Shown here: positions 7,108-15,665 of the stretch, piece by piece
Layout: each line of letters starts with the position of its first letter
Numbering within the stretch: the first letter of the stretch is position 1
Assembly (NCBI GenBank): GCA_016196885.1
Contig: JACPWU010000025.1
Location: 1-32,000 of the forward strand
Reading direction: 5' to 3'
Origin: Chlamydiota bacterium
Lineage (GTDB): Bacteria; Auribacterota; JACPWU01
Length of the DNA stretch: 32,000 bases
Notes under the pieces: model-generated
Seen by the model: only the letters and a program-made list of their open reading frames with translations
What the model was told of the DNA's origin: nothing
Database searches by the model: none
Made by a program: the position numbers and the translations under genes

Positions 7108-7179
7108 TTGTAGTCGCCCCATTTATGGGGCTGCCGTGTGCCCCTTGCATGGATTGCCCGATGAATCGGGCGACTACAA
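7108..7179. repeat. REP-doublet (REPIN-like) palindromic element, copy A
   Basis: GTAGTCGCCCCATTTATGGGGC ... GCCCGATGAATCGGGCGACTAC. It consists of two inverted GTAG-headed hairpins with a 23-bp spacer. The same family occurs at 15403, 19081 and 28641. Confidence 0.8.
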
Positions 7180-7270
7180 AAAAAGCATGATGGGAAGAAC
7201 TTTCATCACACACGATGATCTCGAAAGATCATTAAAATTGATATTTTCACATGGAGGCTTATGCCGGGGC

Positions 7271-8482
7271 TTATGCCAAAAATCGAGAGGCCGAGATTCG
7301 ATAAACGTTTTTGCTCTCTAGTTTGCAAATATTTTCTTCTCTGCAAATTTGAACCAGAGGGATGTGATGGAGGGCCTCTTGGGTTTTGTAATGGTGGCGG
7401 GGAATGATCCCATCTGATAGTTTGGTTTCAATGAGAAGCCAGGGTTCTTTGTTTTTAACAATGAGAAAATCGGTTTCTTCTTGCTGTCTATTTCGGATGT
7501 AGAATAACTCGAAAGAGTGCTCGCTTGATTCTGTCCATAAGGATGTTTGTGACAAAAGCTCAACGGCAACGTAATTCTCAAACCGTTTGCCGGGATCTTG
7601 AATGTGCGTCCAGTCGTAAAGATAACATTTGGGGGCCTTCAGAAGGGAGCGCTTGATGTTTTTGGTATAAGGATGGATTTTGAAAGCCAGAAAAAAGTCC
7701 TCCAATCGGCGGAGATAATTTTTAACAGTCGGATGGCTTAGTTCCAGGTGTGAGGCGAGTGAGGACTCCGAAAGAGGACTCCCTGCCATTTCGGGAAGAA
7801 GAAGGTATAGGTCGTACAAGTATTCTTTGTCTATGATTCTGGTGAGAGTTCCGATGTCTTCTTTCAAGACGGTGTCCATGTAATCTTCAGACCATTTGGA
7901 TAAAAATACTTTGGATCCCTTTAGAAAAGGCTCTGGGAAGCCTCCGTATTCAATGAGGGAATCGAGCGTTTCTCGAGCGTTCGGATGGGTATCCATTTTT
8001 TTTTGGATGAAGTCTTGAACTCCCTTGGGTGTCGAGAGAGATTTTTTAGAAGAATGGAATTCAGAAATGGAGAGGGGAAAGAGATGAAATGTGAAGTATC
8101 TTCCTGAGAGGCTGTCTCCCGCCCGTTTGAAAATGTCGAGTTTTACAGATCCTGTTACAATGAAATGGTAGTGGTCGGACAGACTGTCAAAAATCGCTTT
8201 TAGGGCGTTTTTCCATTTCGGGATTTTATGGATTTCGTCGAAGCAAACCCATTGTTTATGAGAACGGGGAGGCCGATCTTCCGTCAAGAAAAGCTGATTT
8301 TCCTTGTATCGGTTTCGGACCGAGCGCAAATCCCATAAATAATACAAAGCCTCTGTTTTAGCTTCTTTGAGTTTAAGCTTAGCCAGAGTGGTCTTCCCGC
8401 ATTGGCGAGGACCTGTGATGAATCTCATTTGTCTCCCCCAGGTCTCAGAGAAGGCGAGTGTAGATAAGGTACGTTCCAGCAT
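7271..8482 (-). CDS. AAA+ ATPase with a DUF4143-type C-terminal domain (COG1373-like)
   Basis: 403 aa with Walker A GPRQCGKTTLAK and Walker B-like VCFDEIHK. The overall layout matches the ATPase_AAA_14 plus DUF4143 family. Confidence 0.8.
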   Translation of the reverse strand: MLERTLSTLAFSETWGRQMRFITGPRQCGKTTLAKLKLKEAKTEALYYLWDLRSVRNRYKENQLFLTEDRPPRSHKQWVCFDEIHKIPKWKNALKAIFDSLSDHYHFIVTGSVKLDIFKRAGDSLSGRYFTFHLFPLSISEFHSSKKSLSTPKGVQDFIQKKMDTHPNARETLDSLIEYGGFPEPFLKGSKVFLSKWSEDYMDTVLKEDIGTLTRIIDKEYLYDLYLLLPEMAGSPLSESSLASHLELSHPTVKNYLRRLEDFFLAFKIHPYTKNIKRSLLKAPKCYLYDWTHIQDPGKRFENYVAVELLSQTSLWTESSEHSFELFYIRNRQQEETDFLIVKNKEPWLLIETKLSDGIIPRHHYKTQEALHHIPLVQICREENICKLESKNVYRISASRFLA

Positions 8483-8494
8483 AATAACAATTTA

Positions 8495-8548
8495 AAGTAT
8501 TCATTTCAAAAAGTCAATACTTATTTAAGTATTCATTTAAAATAGTCA
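8495..8548. promoter_or_regulatory. Two 22-bp direct repeats in the divergent ATPase/epimerase promoter region (candidate operator)
   Basis: AAGTATTCATTTCAAAAAGTCA (8495-8516) and AAGTATTCATTTAAAATAGTCA (8527-8548), with a 32-bp period. Confidence 0.35.
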
Positions 8549-8630
8549 TATCCGTCTCATTGCTTCCTCTTCTTGTTTTTTGGGACTTTGTTCTTTAAAA
8601 TAGAAAAAATTGTTATTTAGGAGATGAAAA

Positions 8631-9575
8631 ATGGCTTTGACATTGGTTACAGGCGGTGCAGGCTTTATTGGTTCTCATGTGGTAAGAGGTCTTTTAGAAA
8701 AAGGTGAGAGGGTTCGTGTTTTTGATAATTTTTCCAGTGGCAAAGAAGAAAATTTAAAAGAGATTCAGGGTCAGGTCGATGTTATAAAAGGTGATTTGAC
8801 GAATGAAACAGAAATAAACTCTGCCCTGAAAGGGGTGGATTTTGTTTTTCATTTGGCTGCCATCCCTTCTGTTCAGCGCTCCATTGAGGACCCCATTCGA
8901 ATTTATAAGGCCAATGTCTTGGGGACCTTGAATCTTCTTTGGGCAGCGCGAAAGGCCGGAGTGAAGCGTTTCATCTATTCTTCGAGTTCATCTGCTTATG
9001 GGAATCAACCCACTTTGCCGAAAGAAGAGTCTATGAAGCCGGATCCCATCAGCCCTTATGCTTCTTCGAAATTGGCGGCCGAATATGATTGTGCTGTGTT
9101 TCACGCGGTGTATGGGGTTCCGACTGTGATGCTTCGATATTTTAATGTGTTTGGCCCTCGTCAGGACCCGGCTTCCTTGTATGCGGCGGTGATTCCCCGT
9201 TTTATCAGCCGACTTTTGAAGAAAGAGCCGCCGATTGTTTATGGAGACGGGCTTCAAACCCGTGATTTTACTTATGTGGAGGATGTGGTGCGGGCTAATC
9301 TTTTGGCTTGTGAGGCAAGCGAAAAAATATTGGGTCAATGCTACAATGTGGCCTGCGGGCAAGAGATTACCTTGTTGCAATTGTTGGATGAAATGCAGAA
9401 AATTTTAAAGGTTAAGATTTCCCCCCGATTTGAACCTTCTCAAATAGGAGATGTTCGAGCCTCCCGGGCCTCCATTGAAAAGGCAAGAAAGGCTTTTGGT
9501 TATGAACCAACGGTCTCATTAAAGGAAGGGTTGAAAAAAACGATTGCGTGGTTTGTTTCAAAAGAAAACAGATAG
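8631..9575 (+). CDS. NAD-dependent sugar-nucleotide 4-epimerase (extended SDR; WbpP/TviC-like)
   Basis: 314 aa with TGGAGFIGSH and the catalytic YASSK. The segments LRYFNVFGPRQDP...YAAVIPRFI are typical of the UDP-GlcNAc/UDP-GalNAcA epimerase subgroup. AGGAG RBS. Confidence 0.85.
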   Translation: MALTLVTGGAGFIGSHVVRGLLEKGERVRVFDNFSSGKEENLKEIQGQVDVIKGDLTNETEINSALKGVDFVFHLAAIPSVQRSIEDPIRIYKANVLGTLNLLWAARKAGVKRFIYSSSSSAYGNQPTLPKEESMKPDPISPYASSKLAAEYDCAVFHAVYGVPTVMLRYFNVFGPRQDPASLYAAVIPRFISRLLKKEPPIVYGDGLQTRDFTYVEDVVRANLLACEASEKILGQCYNVACGQEITLLQLLDEMQKILKVKISPRFEPSQIGDVRASRASIEKARKAFGYEPTVSLKEGLKKTIAWFVSKENR

Positions 9576-9584
9576 ACGTATAGG

Positions 9585-9625
9585 GAAGGGGTTTAGCGAG
9601 AGATTTAGCTTTCCCCTTTTCTTGC
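9585..9625 (+). terminator. Probable intrinsic terminator after the epimerase gene
   Basis: A GAAGGGG(UUU)AGC ... GCU(UU)CCCCUUU hairpin is followed by a U-rich tract. Confidence 0.4.
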
Positions 9626-9658
9626 CTATTTTTCTCTCAATTGCTATCATACCCGCTT

Positions 9659-11587
9659 ATGTGTGGAATCACCGGATTTAATTGGAAAGAAGCTGAATTG
9701 GTTCAGGCTATGGGGCGCCAGATTGCGCACCGGGGGCCGGATCAGCAGGGTTTTTACGCCGATGAAGGGGTGTCTTTGGCTCATCAGCGCCTCAGCATTA
9801 TAGATTTGTCTGAACATGGGCGCCAGCCTATGACAAGTGAGAACTGTTCTGCTTGTACCCGGAAACTATGGGTCGTATTTAATGGCGAGATTTATAATTT
9901 TAAAGAAGTCCGCACTTTCCTAGAATCCAAAGGTCATCAATTCCATAGCCATTGCGATACCGAGGTGATTTTGCATGCCTATGCTCAAGAAGGTCCTGAA
10001 TGTCTCCACCGTTTTAATGGAATGTTTGCGATTGCGATATGGGATGGGGCCCGAAAAGAATTTTTCCTGGCTCGGGACCGCTTAGGCGTAAAACCCCTTT
10101 ATTATTATTGGAAGGAGGGACGTTTTGTCTTTGCATCAGAGATTAAAGCCATTCTCCAAGATCCTAAAGTGTCTCGCGAAGTCAATCCCAAGGCCATTTA
10201 CGATTATTTAGGATTCGAGTTTGTTCCGGCCGATCAAACGATGTTTAAGGATATTTACAAACTTCCGCCCAGTCATTGGATGCTTTTGCGGGGTCGAGAG
10301 CTTCAAATCAAAAAATATTGGGATGTGAAATTTTCCTCACAAGAAGAAATGGCTCAGATGAATCGACCCAAGATGGTCAAGGAATTGATCGAGCGATTGA
10401 GCGAGTCTGTGCGAAAGCGTTTGATCAGTGACGTGCCTTTGGGCGTTTTTCTTTCGGGAGGGTTAGATTCAAGTGCCGTGGTGGCGATGATGAGCCGCCA
10501 TATGAAAGAGCCGATCAAGACTTTTTCTCTGGGCTATGAAGACCCTACTTACAGCGAATTAAATTTTGCGCGGCAAGTGGCTGAGCAATTTAAAACAGAG
10601 CATACCGAGATTATCATTGATCCCATCACCGTTCCTCTTTTTGAAAAAGCGGTGTGGCATTTGGATGAGCCCATGACAGATCTTTCTACCATTCCTTTTA
10701 TGCTCATTTGCAGAAAGGCGAGGCAAAAGGTGACGGTCTGTTTGAGCGGGGAGGGGGGCGATGAAGTTTTTGTAGGGTATGATCGCTTTAAGGCCAGCAA
10801 ATTCGATCAAATGTTTCAAAAAATTCCAGCGCCACTCCGAAAATATTTAATTTATCCACTTGTTCAAAAATTACCTGATCAATCCCAGAAAAAAGGTCTC
10901 CTCAATGTGATTCGAAGGTTTATGGATGGTTCAGCTTTACCTCAATCGGGTCAACACATGCGCTGGCAATATTTTCTGAATCCTGCGAACAACCCTCGTC
11001 TCTTTTCGGATGAAGTTTTAGGTCAAGTCAACGGATCTCCTTTCCATTTGATTGAGAAGGCCTTGACACAATGTTCTTCCACGGATCGTCTGAATCAAGA
11101 GATTTATGTGGATCTTCGATTTACCATGCCGGACAGTGTCTTGATGAAAGTGGATAAAATGAGCATGGCGACGGCGCTGGAGGTAAGAGTCCCCTTTTTA
11201 GATTATGAATTTGTTCAATTCAGCGCGGGTCTTCCGAGCAATTGGAAATTGGAAGGCTTTCAGACCAAGGCGATTTTCCGAGAGGCTTTGAAAGGAATTT
11301 TGCCTGACAACATTGTGGGTCGCGGGAAACAGGGCTACAGCTTTCCCATCAAAAATTGGCTGCGTCAGGAATTAAAAGATTATATGAAGGAACTATTAAA
11401 TGGGTCTCCTCTCATTCGCCAATATTTAAAACTGGACTATATACATCAATTGATTGAAGAGCATCTGGCCCGCACGCACAATCACAACCATGTCCTCTGG
11501 GCCCTTATGAACCTCGCTTTGTGGCACAAGATTTTTGTGCTGGATCAATGGGCAGGGCATCGCTTGGAAGACCGTGCTGTGGTTTAG
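9659..11587 (+). CDS. asnB: Asparagine synthase (glutamine-hydrolysing) family amidotransferase (WbpS-like context)
   Basis: The N-terminal MCGI places the nucleophile Cys at position 2, so I moved the start from the track's 9641 to ATG 9659. It also has the PP-loop SGGLDSS and is 642 aa from 9659. Confidence 0.9.
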   Translation: MCGITGFNWKEAELVQAMGRQIAHRGPDQQGFYADEGVSLAHQRLSIIDLSEHGRQPMTSENCSACTRKLWVVFNGEIYNFKEVRTFLESKGHQFHSHCDTEVILHAYAQEGPECLHRFNGMFAIAIWDGARKEFFLARDRLGVKPLYYYWKEGRFVFASEIKAILQDPKVSREVNPKAIYDYLGFEFVPADQTMFKDIYKLPPSHWMLLRGRELQIKKYWDVKFSSQEEMAQMNRPKMVKELIERLSESVRKRLISDVPLGVFLSGGLDSSAVVAMMSRHMKEPIKTFSLGYEDPTYSELNFARQVAEQFKTEHTEIIIDPITVPLFEKAVWHLDEPMTDLSTIPFMLICRKARQKVTVCLSGEGGDEVFVGYDRFKASKFDQMFQKIPAPLRKYLIYPLVQKLPDQSQKKGLLNVIRRFMDGSALPQSGQHMRWQYFLNPANNPRLFSDEVLGQVNGSPFHLIEKALTQCSSTDRLNQEIYVDLRFTMPDSVLMKVDKMSMATALEVRVPFLDYEFVQFSAGLPSNWKLEGFQTKAIFREALKGILPDNIVGRGKQGYSFPIKNWLRQELKDYMKELLNGSPLIRQYLKLDYIHQLIEEHLARTHNHNHVLWALMNLALWHKIFVLDQWAGHRLEDRAVV

Positions 11588-11698
11588 AGCCTGTCCATTA
11601 TGGTGCAATTTCCGCTCTATTGTGGTGTAGGTTGTCCTTCTAAAGATTTGACTGTGGTAGGTATGTCTGCGAAAGGTATCCTGATTGCTAACATTTTC

Positions 11699-11727
11699 TT
11701 GAGATTTAGGATAGTATCATAGATAAT
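11699..11727 (+). promoter_or_regulatory. Promoter of the PIN/RHH pair, possibly giving a leaderless mRNA
   Basis: TTGAGA (11699-11704), a 17-nt spacer, GATAAT (11722-11727), and the ATG at 11734 only 6 nt downstream. No SD is visible. Confidence 0.4.
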
Positions 11728-11733
11728 ACTGCC

Positions 11734-12162
11734 ATGAAGCCTCTCCGGATTGTGATGGATACCAACGTTCTCATTTCCGCTTTACGATCTAATCAAGGGG
11801 CCTCTTTTCAGTTGCTTCGGCGGGTTGATTGTCAGAAATTTCAACTTTGCCTTTCGGTGCCGCTTGTTTTGGAGTATGAGGCATCGGCAAAAGAGATTGT
11901 TTTGGAGACGGCGTTAACGAGGCGTGATATAGATGATGTGATAGATTATGTTTGTACTGTGGCAGAGCCGGTGAAAATATACTTTTTATGGAGGCCTGTT
12001 CTGCGTGATCCAAAGGATGATATGGTTTTGGAGTTGGCTGTCACAGCGGGTTGTGACGCGATTGTAACATTCAATAAATCGGATTTTTTAGAGGCTGTTC
12101 AGTTTAGAATTAAGATTTTAACACCAAAAGAATTGCTGGAAAAAATAGGAGAGCTTCCATGA
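11734..12162 (+). CDS. PIN-domain toxin (VapC-like)
   Basis: 142 aa with the N-terminal acidic motif IVMDTNVLISAL, and later acidic residues (DD, PKDDMVLE, ...DAIVTFN) in PIN-like spacing. Confidence 0.75.
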   Translation: MKPLRIVMDTNVLISALRSNQGASFQLLRRVDCQKFQLCLSVPLVLEYEASAKEIVLETALTRRDIDDVIDYVCTVAEPVKIYFLWRPVLRDPKDDMVLELAVTAGCDAIVTFNKSDFLEAVQFRIKILTPKELLEKIGELP

Positions 12163-12395
12163 GTAACATCAGTCTCAGATTACCAAATTCTCTACATCAA
12201 TTTGTCCGTTACCTTGCCGAAAAGGAACACGTTTCAATCAATCAAATGATCACCCTTGCCTTGACTGAGAAAATATCGGCTCTGATGACAGAGGAATATT
12301 TAGGTAAACGAGCAAAAAAGGGAAGTAAGAGAGCATTTTCAAAAGTTCTGAACAAGGTTTCAAATACTGAGCCAGCACCGCATGACCAATTCTAG
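12159..12395 (+). CDS. Ribbon-helix-helix (HicB/CopG-like) antitoxin
   Basis: 78 aa. ISLRLPNSLHQFVRYLAEKEHVSINQMITLALTE fits an RHH strand-helix-helix. Its start forms an ATGA overlap with the PIN gene stop. Confidence 0.65.
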   Translation: MSNISLRLPNSLHQFVRYLAEKEHVSINQMITLALTEKISALMTEEYLGKRAKKGSKRAFSKVLNKVSNTEPAPHDQF

Positions 12396-13128
12396 GTTTA
12401 AAATTCAAAAAGGATCAGGCTCTTCTTTCCGGCGTTATCAAGAGCTGGTCGTAGGGACGCGTGATTTAGGGTTCTTGATCAAGTATGAGTTGATAACGAT
12501 GCTTTTTGGAAACTTCCCAGGGGCGCTTGGAATTTTGCTTAGGAAATGGACGTATCCCTGGATTTTAGGGCGTGTGGGTCGAGGGGTTCTTTTTGGACAT
12601 CATATCACTTTGAGGCATCCTCGAAAAATTTTTATTGGGGAGGGTGTGATCATTGATGACTATGTCATGTTGGATGCGAAGGGCGAGACGAATCGGGGGA
12701 TTGAATTGGGGGAAGGCGTTTTTATCGGACGTCAGTCTATTTTATATGGTAAGAACGGAAATATCGTCTTAGAGAAAAAAGTGAATGTAGGGCATCGATG
12801 TATTTTTTATTCTTCCAATCAATTAACGGTGGGCGAAGGGACTATGGTCGCGGCAGATTGTTATCTCATGAGCGGTGGGGCCTATGATTTACAGTCCCCA
12901 GAAAAATTTTGCGATCAGGATGGCATGAATACCAAGGGGCCTCTTTCAATTGGATCTAATGTTTGGTTAGGTGCAAAGGTGGTTGTTTTGGATGGCGTTT
13001 CGATTGGTGAAAATTCGGTGATTGGGGCAGGGGCCGTGGTGGTAGAGCCCATTGCGAAAAATTCAATAGCGGTGGGTGTGCCGGCTAAAATTATAAGAAG
13101 TAACCCCTCCGACTCCCCTTTAAAATAA
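12382..13128 (+). CDS. Left-handed beta-helix (hexapeptide-repeat) sugar acetyltransferase
   Basis: It has repeated [LIV]G-x4 hexapeptides (IGEGVIID, LGEGVFIG, VGEGTMVA, IGSNVWLG, IGENSVIGAGAVV). The last 9 codons and the stop lie inside the repeat element at 13102-13232. Confidence 0.8.
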   Translation: MTNSRFKIQKGSGSSFRRYQELVVGTRDLGFLIKYELITMLFGNFPGALGILLRKWTYPWILGRVGRGVLFGHHITLRHPRKIFIGEGVIIDDYVMLDAKGETNRGIELGEGVFIGRQSILYGKNGNIVLEKKVNVGHRCIFYSSNQLTVGEGTMVAADCYLMSGGAYDLQSPEKFCDQDGMNTKGPLSIGSNVWLGAKVVVLDGVSIGENSVIGAGAVVVEPIAKNSIAVGVPAKIIRSNPSDSPLK

Positions 13129-13232
13129 AGGGGAGGGACTGTGGATGTTGAGCTAAGGGTAAAGAATCTTGATTTGGAGGAAGTTTTGTTTTTCTCCCCT
13201 CTTTAGTTCAAAGAGGGGTAGGGGGAGTTAAG
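13102..13232. repeat. MITE-like element family 2, copy 1 (hairpin-bearing terminal inverted arms)
   Basis: Left arm TAACCCCTCCGACTCCCCTTTAAAATAAAGGGGAG, right arm CTCCCCTCTTTAGTTCAAAGAGGGGTAGGGGGAGTTAA. Arms are conserved in the second copy at 15509-15637, while the interior diverges. Confidence 0.7.
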
Positions 13233-13262
13233 TTTTAAGCCAAAAATTTTGGAGGATTTAAA

Positions 13263-15356
13263 ATGATGAAAGTAGGCATTATTGGGGCGGGACAAATTGC
13301 ACGGGTTCATGGGCCCGTGATTCTTCAGCAGCCGAACACTCAGCTGGTGGGCATTGCAGATCGGGATTTGGCGAGGGCGTATGCCCTAGCGAATGCCTTG
13401 GGAAATCCCAAGGTGTATGATGATGCGGCGAAAATGATTGATGAAGCAAAACCGGATGTGGTGCATGTGCTGGTTCCTCCTCAGCATCACGCTGCGGTGA
13501 GCATTATGGCGATGGAGAAGGGCTGCCATGTGCTGATTGAAAAGCCTTTGGCGCTCTCTATGGAAGATGCCCAGCGTATGCTAGAGGCATCTCGAAAATA
13601 TAAGGTGCATCTGTGTGTAAGTCACAACATGGTGTACGAAGAGGTGGTTCAAAAAGCCCGCAAGTTAGTTTCGGACGGGGCGATTGGTGAAATCGTTTCT
13701 GTTGAGGCTTGTCATGTGTACAACGCCCGTCGAGATCAAAATTTGTTGGAAGAGGGGGCAGAACATTTTTATTGGTCCTATCGTCTCAATGGGGGACCTT
13801 TGCAGGATTTGATTCCCCACATGGCTTCGCTCGTTTTTGAATTTGTTCCCGAAATTAAAGAGCTTCATTCTGTCTCTTTTAACCGGGGGGTTTTGCCCAA
13901 GGGTTGGGATGATGAGATTCGGGTGCTGATAGGATCTGGAAAGATATCAGTCTATCTCACGATTTCTCTGAGTGAAAGGCCCGATACGATTACCTTAACG
14001 CTAAAGGGAACGAAAGGGATGATTCAGGCCAATCTCTTCAATGGTGTTTTGACCCTTCAGCAAAAATCAACACTTCCGAGAGCTGCAGTGCGAGGACTTT
14101 CAGGTTTTCAGGTGGCCGCACAAAATTTTAAGAATTCTGTGAAGAATATTTTTAAATTTTTAATGGGCAAAGTGGATAAATCAAGCGGGATCGGCCATGT
14201 GGTTCCACGTTTCTATCAAGCGATTCAGAAGGGTGGAGAGCTTCCCATTTCTGTGGATAAAAGTTTGAGGGTGGTGGAACTCATGACGCGTTTGTGGCCG
14301 AATAATCGCGTGATGCCTGAAAAGAAAGAGGCAAAGGTTTCTTCTCGTACGGGACCCCTTGTTTTGGTGACAGGGGCCTCGGGGTTTTTAGGAATTCATT
14401 TGGTGCGTAAATTGCTTGCTCGAAATTTTCGTGTTCGTGTTTTGTTAAGGGCCAATAGTTCGCATCAGGGACGTTTGAGAAATGAAGATGTGGAAATGGT
14501 TCAAGGCGATCTTTCGGATGGGGCAGCTGTGGCAAAAGCGGTTCAGGGCGTGAAAATCATTTATCATGCGGGTGCTCCTATGAACAACGACCCTTTTGAG
14601 CATGAACAGACCACAGTGGTTGGCACAAAAAATATTATTGAAGCGGCCTTGGCGAATCATGTTGAGCGTGTGGTTTATATCAGCACTTTGGCGGTGTGTG
14701 AATTGAATACTTTGAAGGATCATGATGTCGTTCGAGAAGATGTCCCTTACCAGAAAAATTCATCGCGAATGGGTCCTTATACAGTGACTAAAATACAGGC
14801 GGAAAAACTACTGCTCGAGGCCTATGAGAAAAATAAATTGCCAGTCACCATTGTTAGACCGGGCATTATCATTGGTCCTATGGGACGGGTCTTTTTTCCG
14901 CATTTGGGCTTCAAAAATCAGGACACTTTGTTTTTAATGGTGAAAGGAGGAAAGAATCCTCTTCCTCTCACCTATGTAGATAACACGGTAGATGGAATTC
15001 TTTTAGCTTCTCAAGAACCGAAGGCCGTCGGGCAGATTTATAATTTGATAGATTCATCAAACATTACGGTGAAGGATTATCTGGAGAATTTTAAGAAAGT
15101 GACAGGGATTCCCTCTCGTATTTTGAAGATGCCCTTTTTTATCCCTTACTGTGCGTTCGGTGCTTTTGAATTAGCCGGGGCGATGGGCCTTATGAAAAAA
15201 GGAAAGGCTTCTCGGGCCCAATTTAAATGGAAGCATCAGACGGTGACATTTGATAGTTCGAAGGCCACGGCTGAGTTGGGCTGGAAGCCCATTGTTCCGA
15301 TTGAGGAGGGAATGAGGCGGACTTTCGAATGGTATAAGGAACATTGCGGGTCTTGA
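13263..15356 (+). CDS. Fusion protein: N-terminal Gfo/Idh/MocA oxidoreductase plus C-terminal NAD-dependent epimerase/dehydratase (SDR)
   Basis: 697 aa. The N-terminus has VGIIGAGQIARVH and the EKP motif (VLIEKPLA). The C-terminal half has VTGASGFLGIHLV and YTVTK (YxxxK). GGAGG RBS. Confidence 0.8.
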   Translation: MMKVGIIGAGQIARVHGPVILQQPNTQLVGIADRDLARAYALANALGNPKVYDDAAKMIDEAKPDVVHVLVPPQHHAAVSIMAMEKGCHVLIEKPLALSMEDAQRMLEASRKYKVHLCVSHNMVYEEVVQKARKLVSDGAIGEIVSVEACHVYNARRDQNLLEEGAEHFYWSYRLNGGPLQDLIPHMASLVFEFVPEIKELHSVSFNRGVLPKGWDDEIRVLIGSGKISVYLTISLSERPDTITLTLKGTKGMIQANLFNGVLTLQQKSTLPRAAVRGLSGFQVAAQNFKNSVKNIFKFLMGKVDKSSGIGHVVPRFYQAIQKGGELPISVDKSLRVVELMTRLWPNNRVMPEKKEAKVSSRTGPLVLVTGASGFLGIHLVRKLLARNFRVRVLLRANSSHQGRLRNEDVEMVQGDLSDGAAVAKAVQGVKIIYHAGAPMNNDPFEHEQTTVVGTKNIIEAALANHVERVVYISTLAVCELNTLKDHDVVREDVPYQKNSSRMGPYTVTKIQAEKLLLEAYEKNKLPVTIVRPGIIIGPMGRVFFPHLGFKNQDTLFLMVKGGKNPLPLTYVDNTVDGILLASQEPKAVGQIYNLIDSSNITVKDYLENFKKVTGIPSRILKMPFFIPYCAFGAFELAGAMGLMKKGKASRAQFKWKHQTVTFDSSKATAELGWKPIVPIEEGMRRTFEWYKEHCGS

Positions 15357-15370
15357 AAAAATTCAATATA

Positions 15371-15496
15371 CCTATGCACTTGACTTTAGCTGTCGTACAT
15401 TTGTAGTCGCCCCATTCATGGGGCAATGCGTGGATTGCCCGATAAATCGGGCGACTACGCTTAACGAATTAAGGTACTTAAAGTAAAGTGCATAGG
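15371..15496. mobile_element. MITE-like element carrying a REP doublet (copy B)
   Basis: TIRs are TATGCACTTGACTTTAG and CTTAAAGTAAAGTGCATAG. The core at 15403-15458 is GTAGTCGCCCCATTCATGGGGC...GCCCGATAAATCGGGCGACTAC. No transposase is present. Confidence 0.7.
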
Positions 15497-15508
15497 CATA
15501 AAATTTAA

Positions 15509-15637
15509 TAACCCCTCCAGCTCCCCTTAAAAAATAAGGGGAGAGTAAAAAAGAGGAAAAAAAGAGGAAAAGTAGATGGGATAAGGTTTTTTTGTTTTTC
15601 TCCCCTCTTTATTTTAAAGAGGGGTTGGGGGAGTTAA
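15509..15637. repeat. MITE-like element family 2, copy 2
   Basis: TAACCCCTCCAGCTCCCCTTAAAAAATAAGGGGAG ... CTCCCCTCTTTATTTTAAAGAGGGGTTGGGGGAGTTAA, in the same orientation as copy 1. Confidence 0.7.
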
Positions 15638-15665
15638 TTTTTTTGACAGAATCTAGGATTTTATT

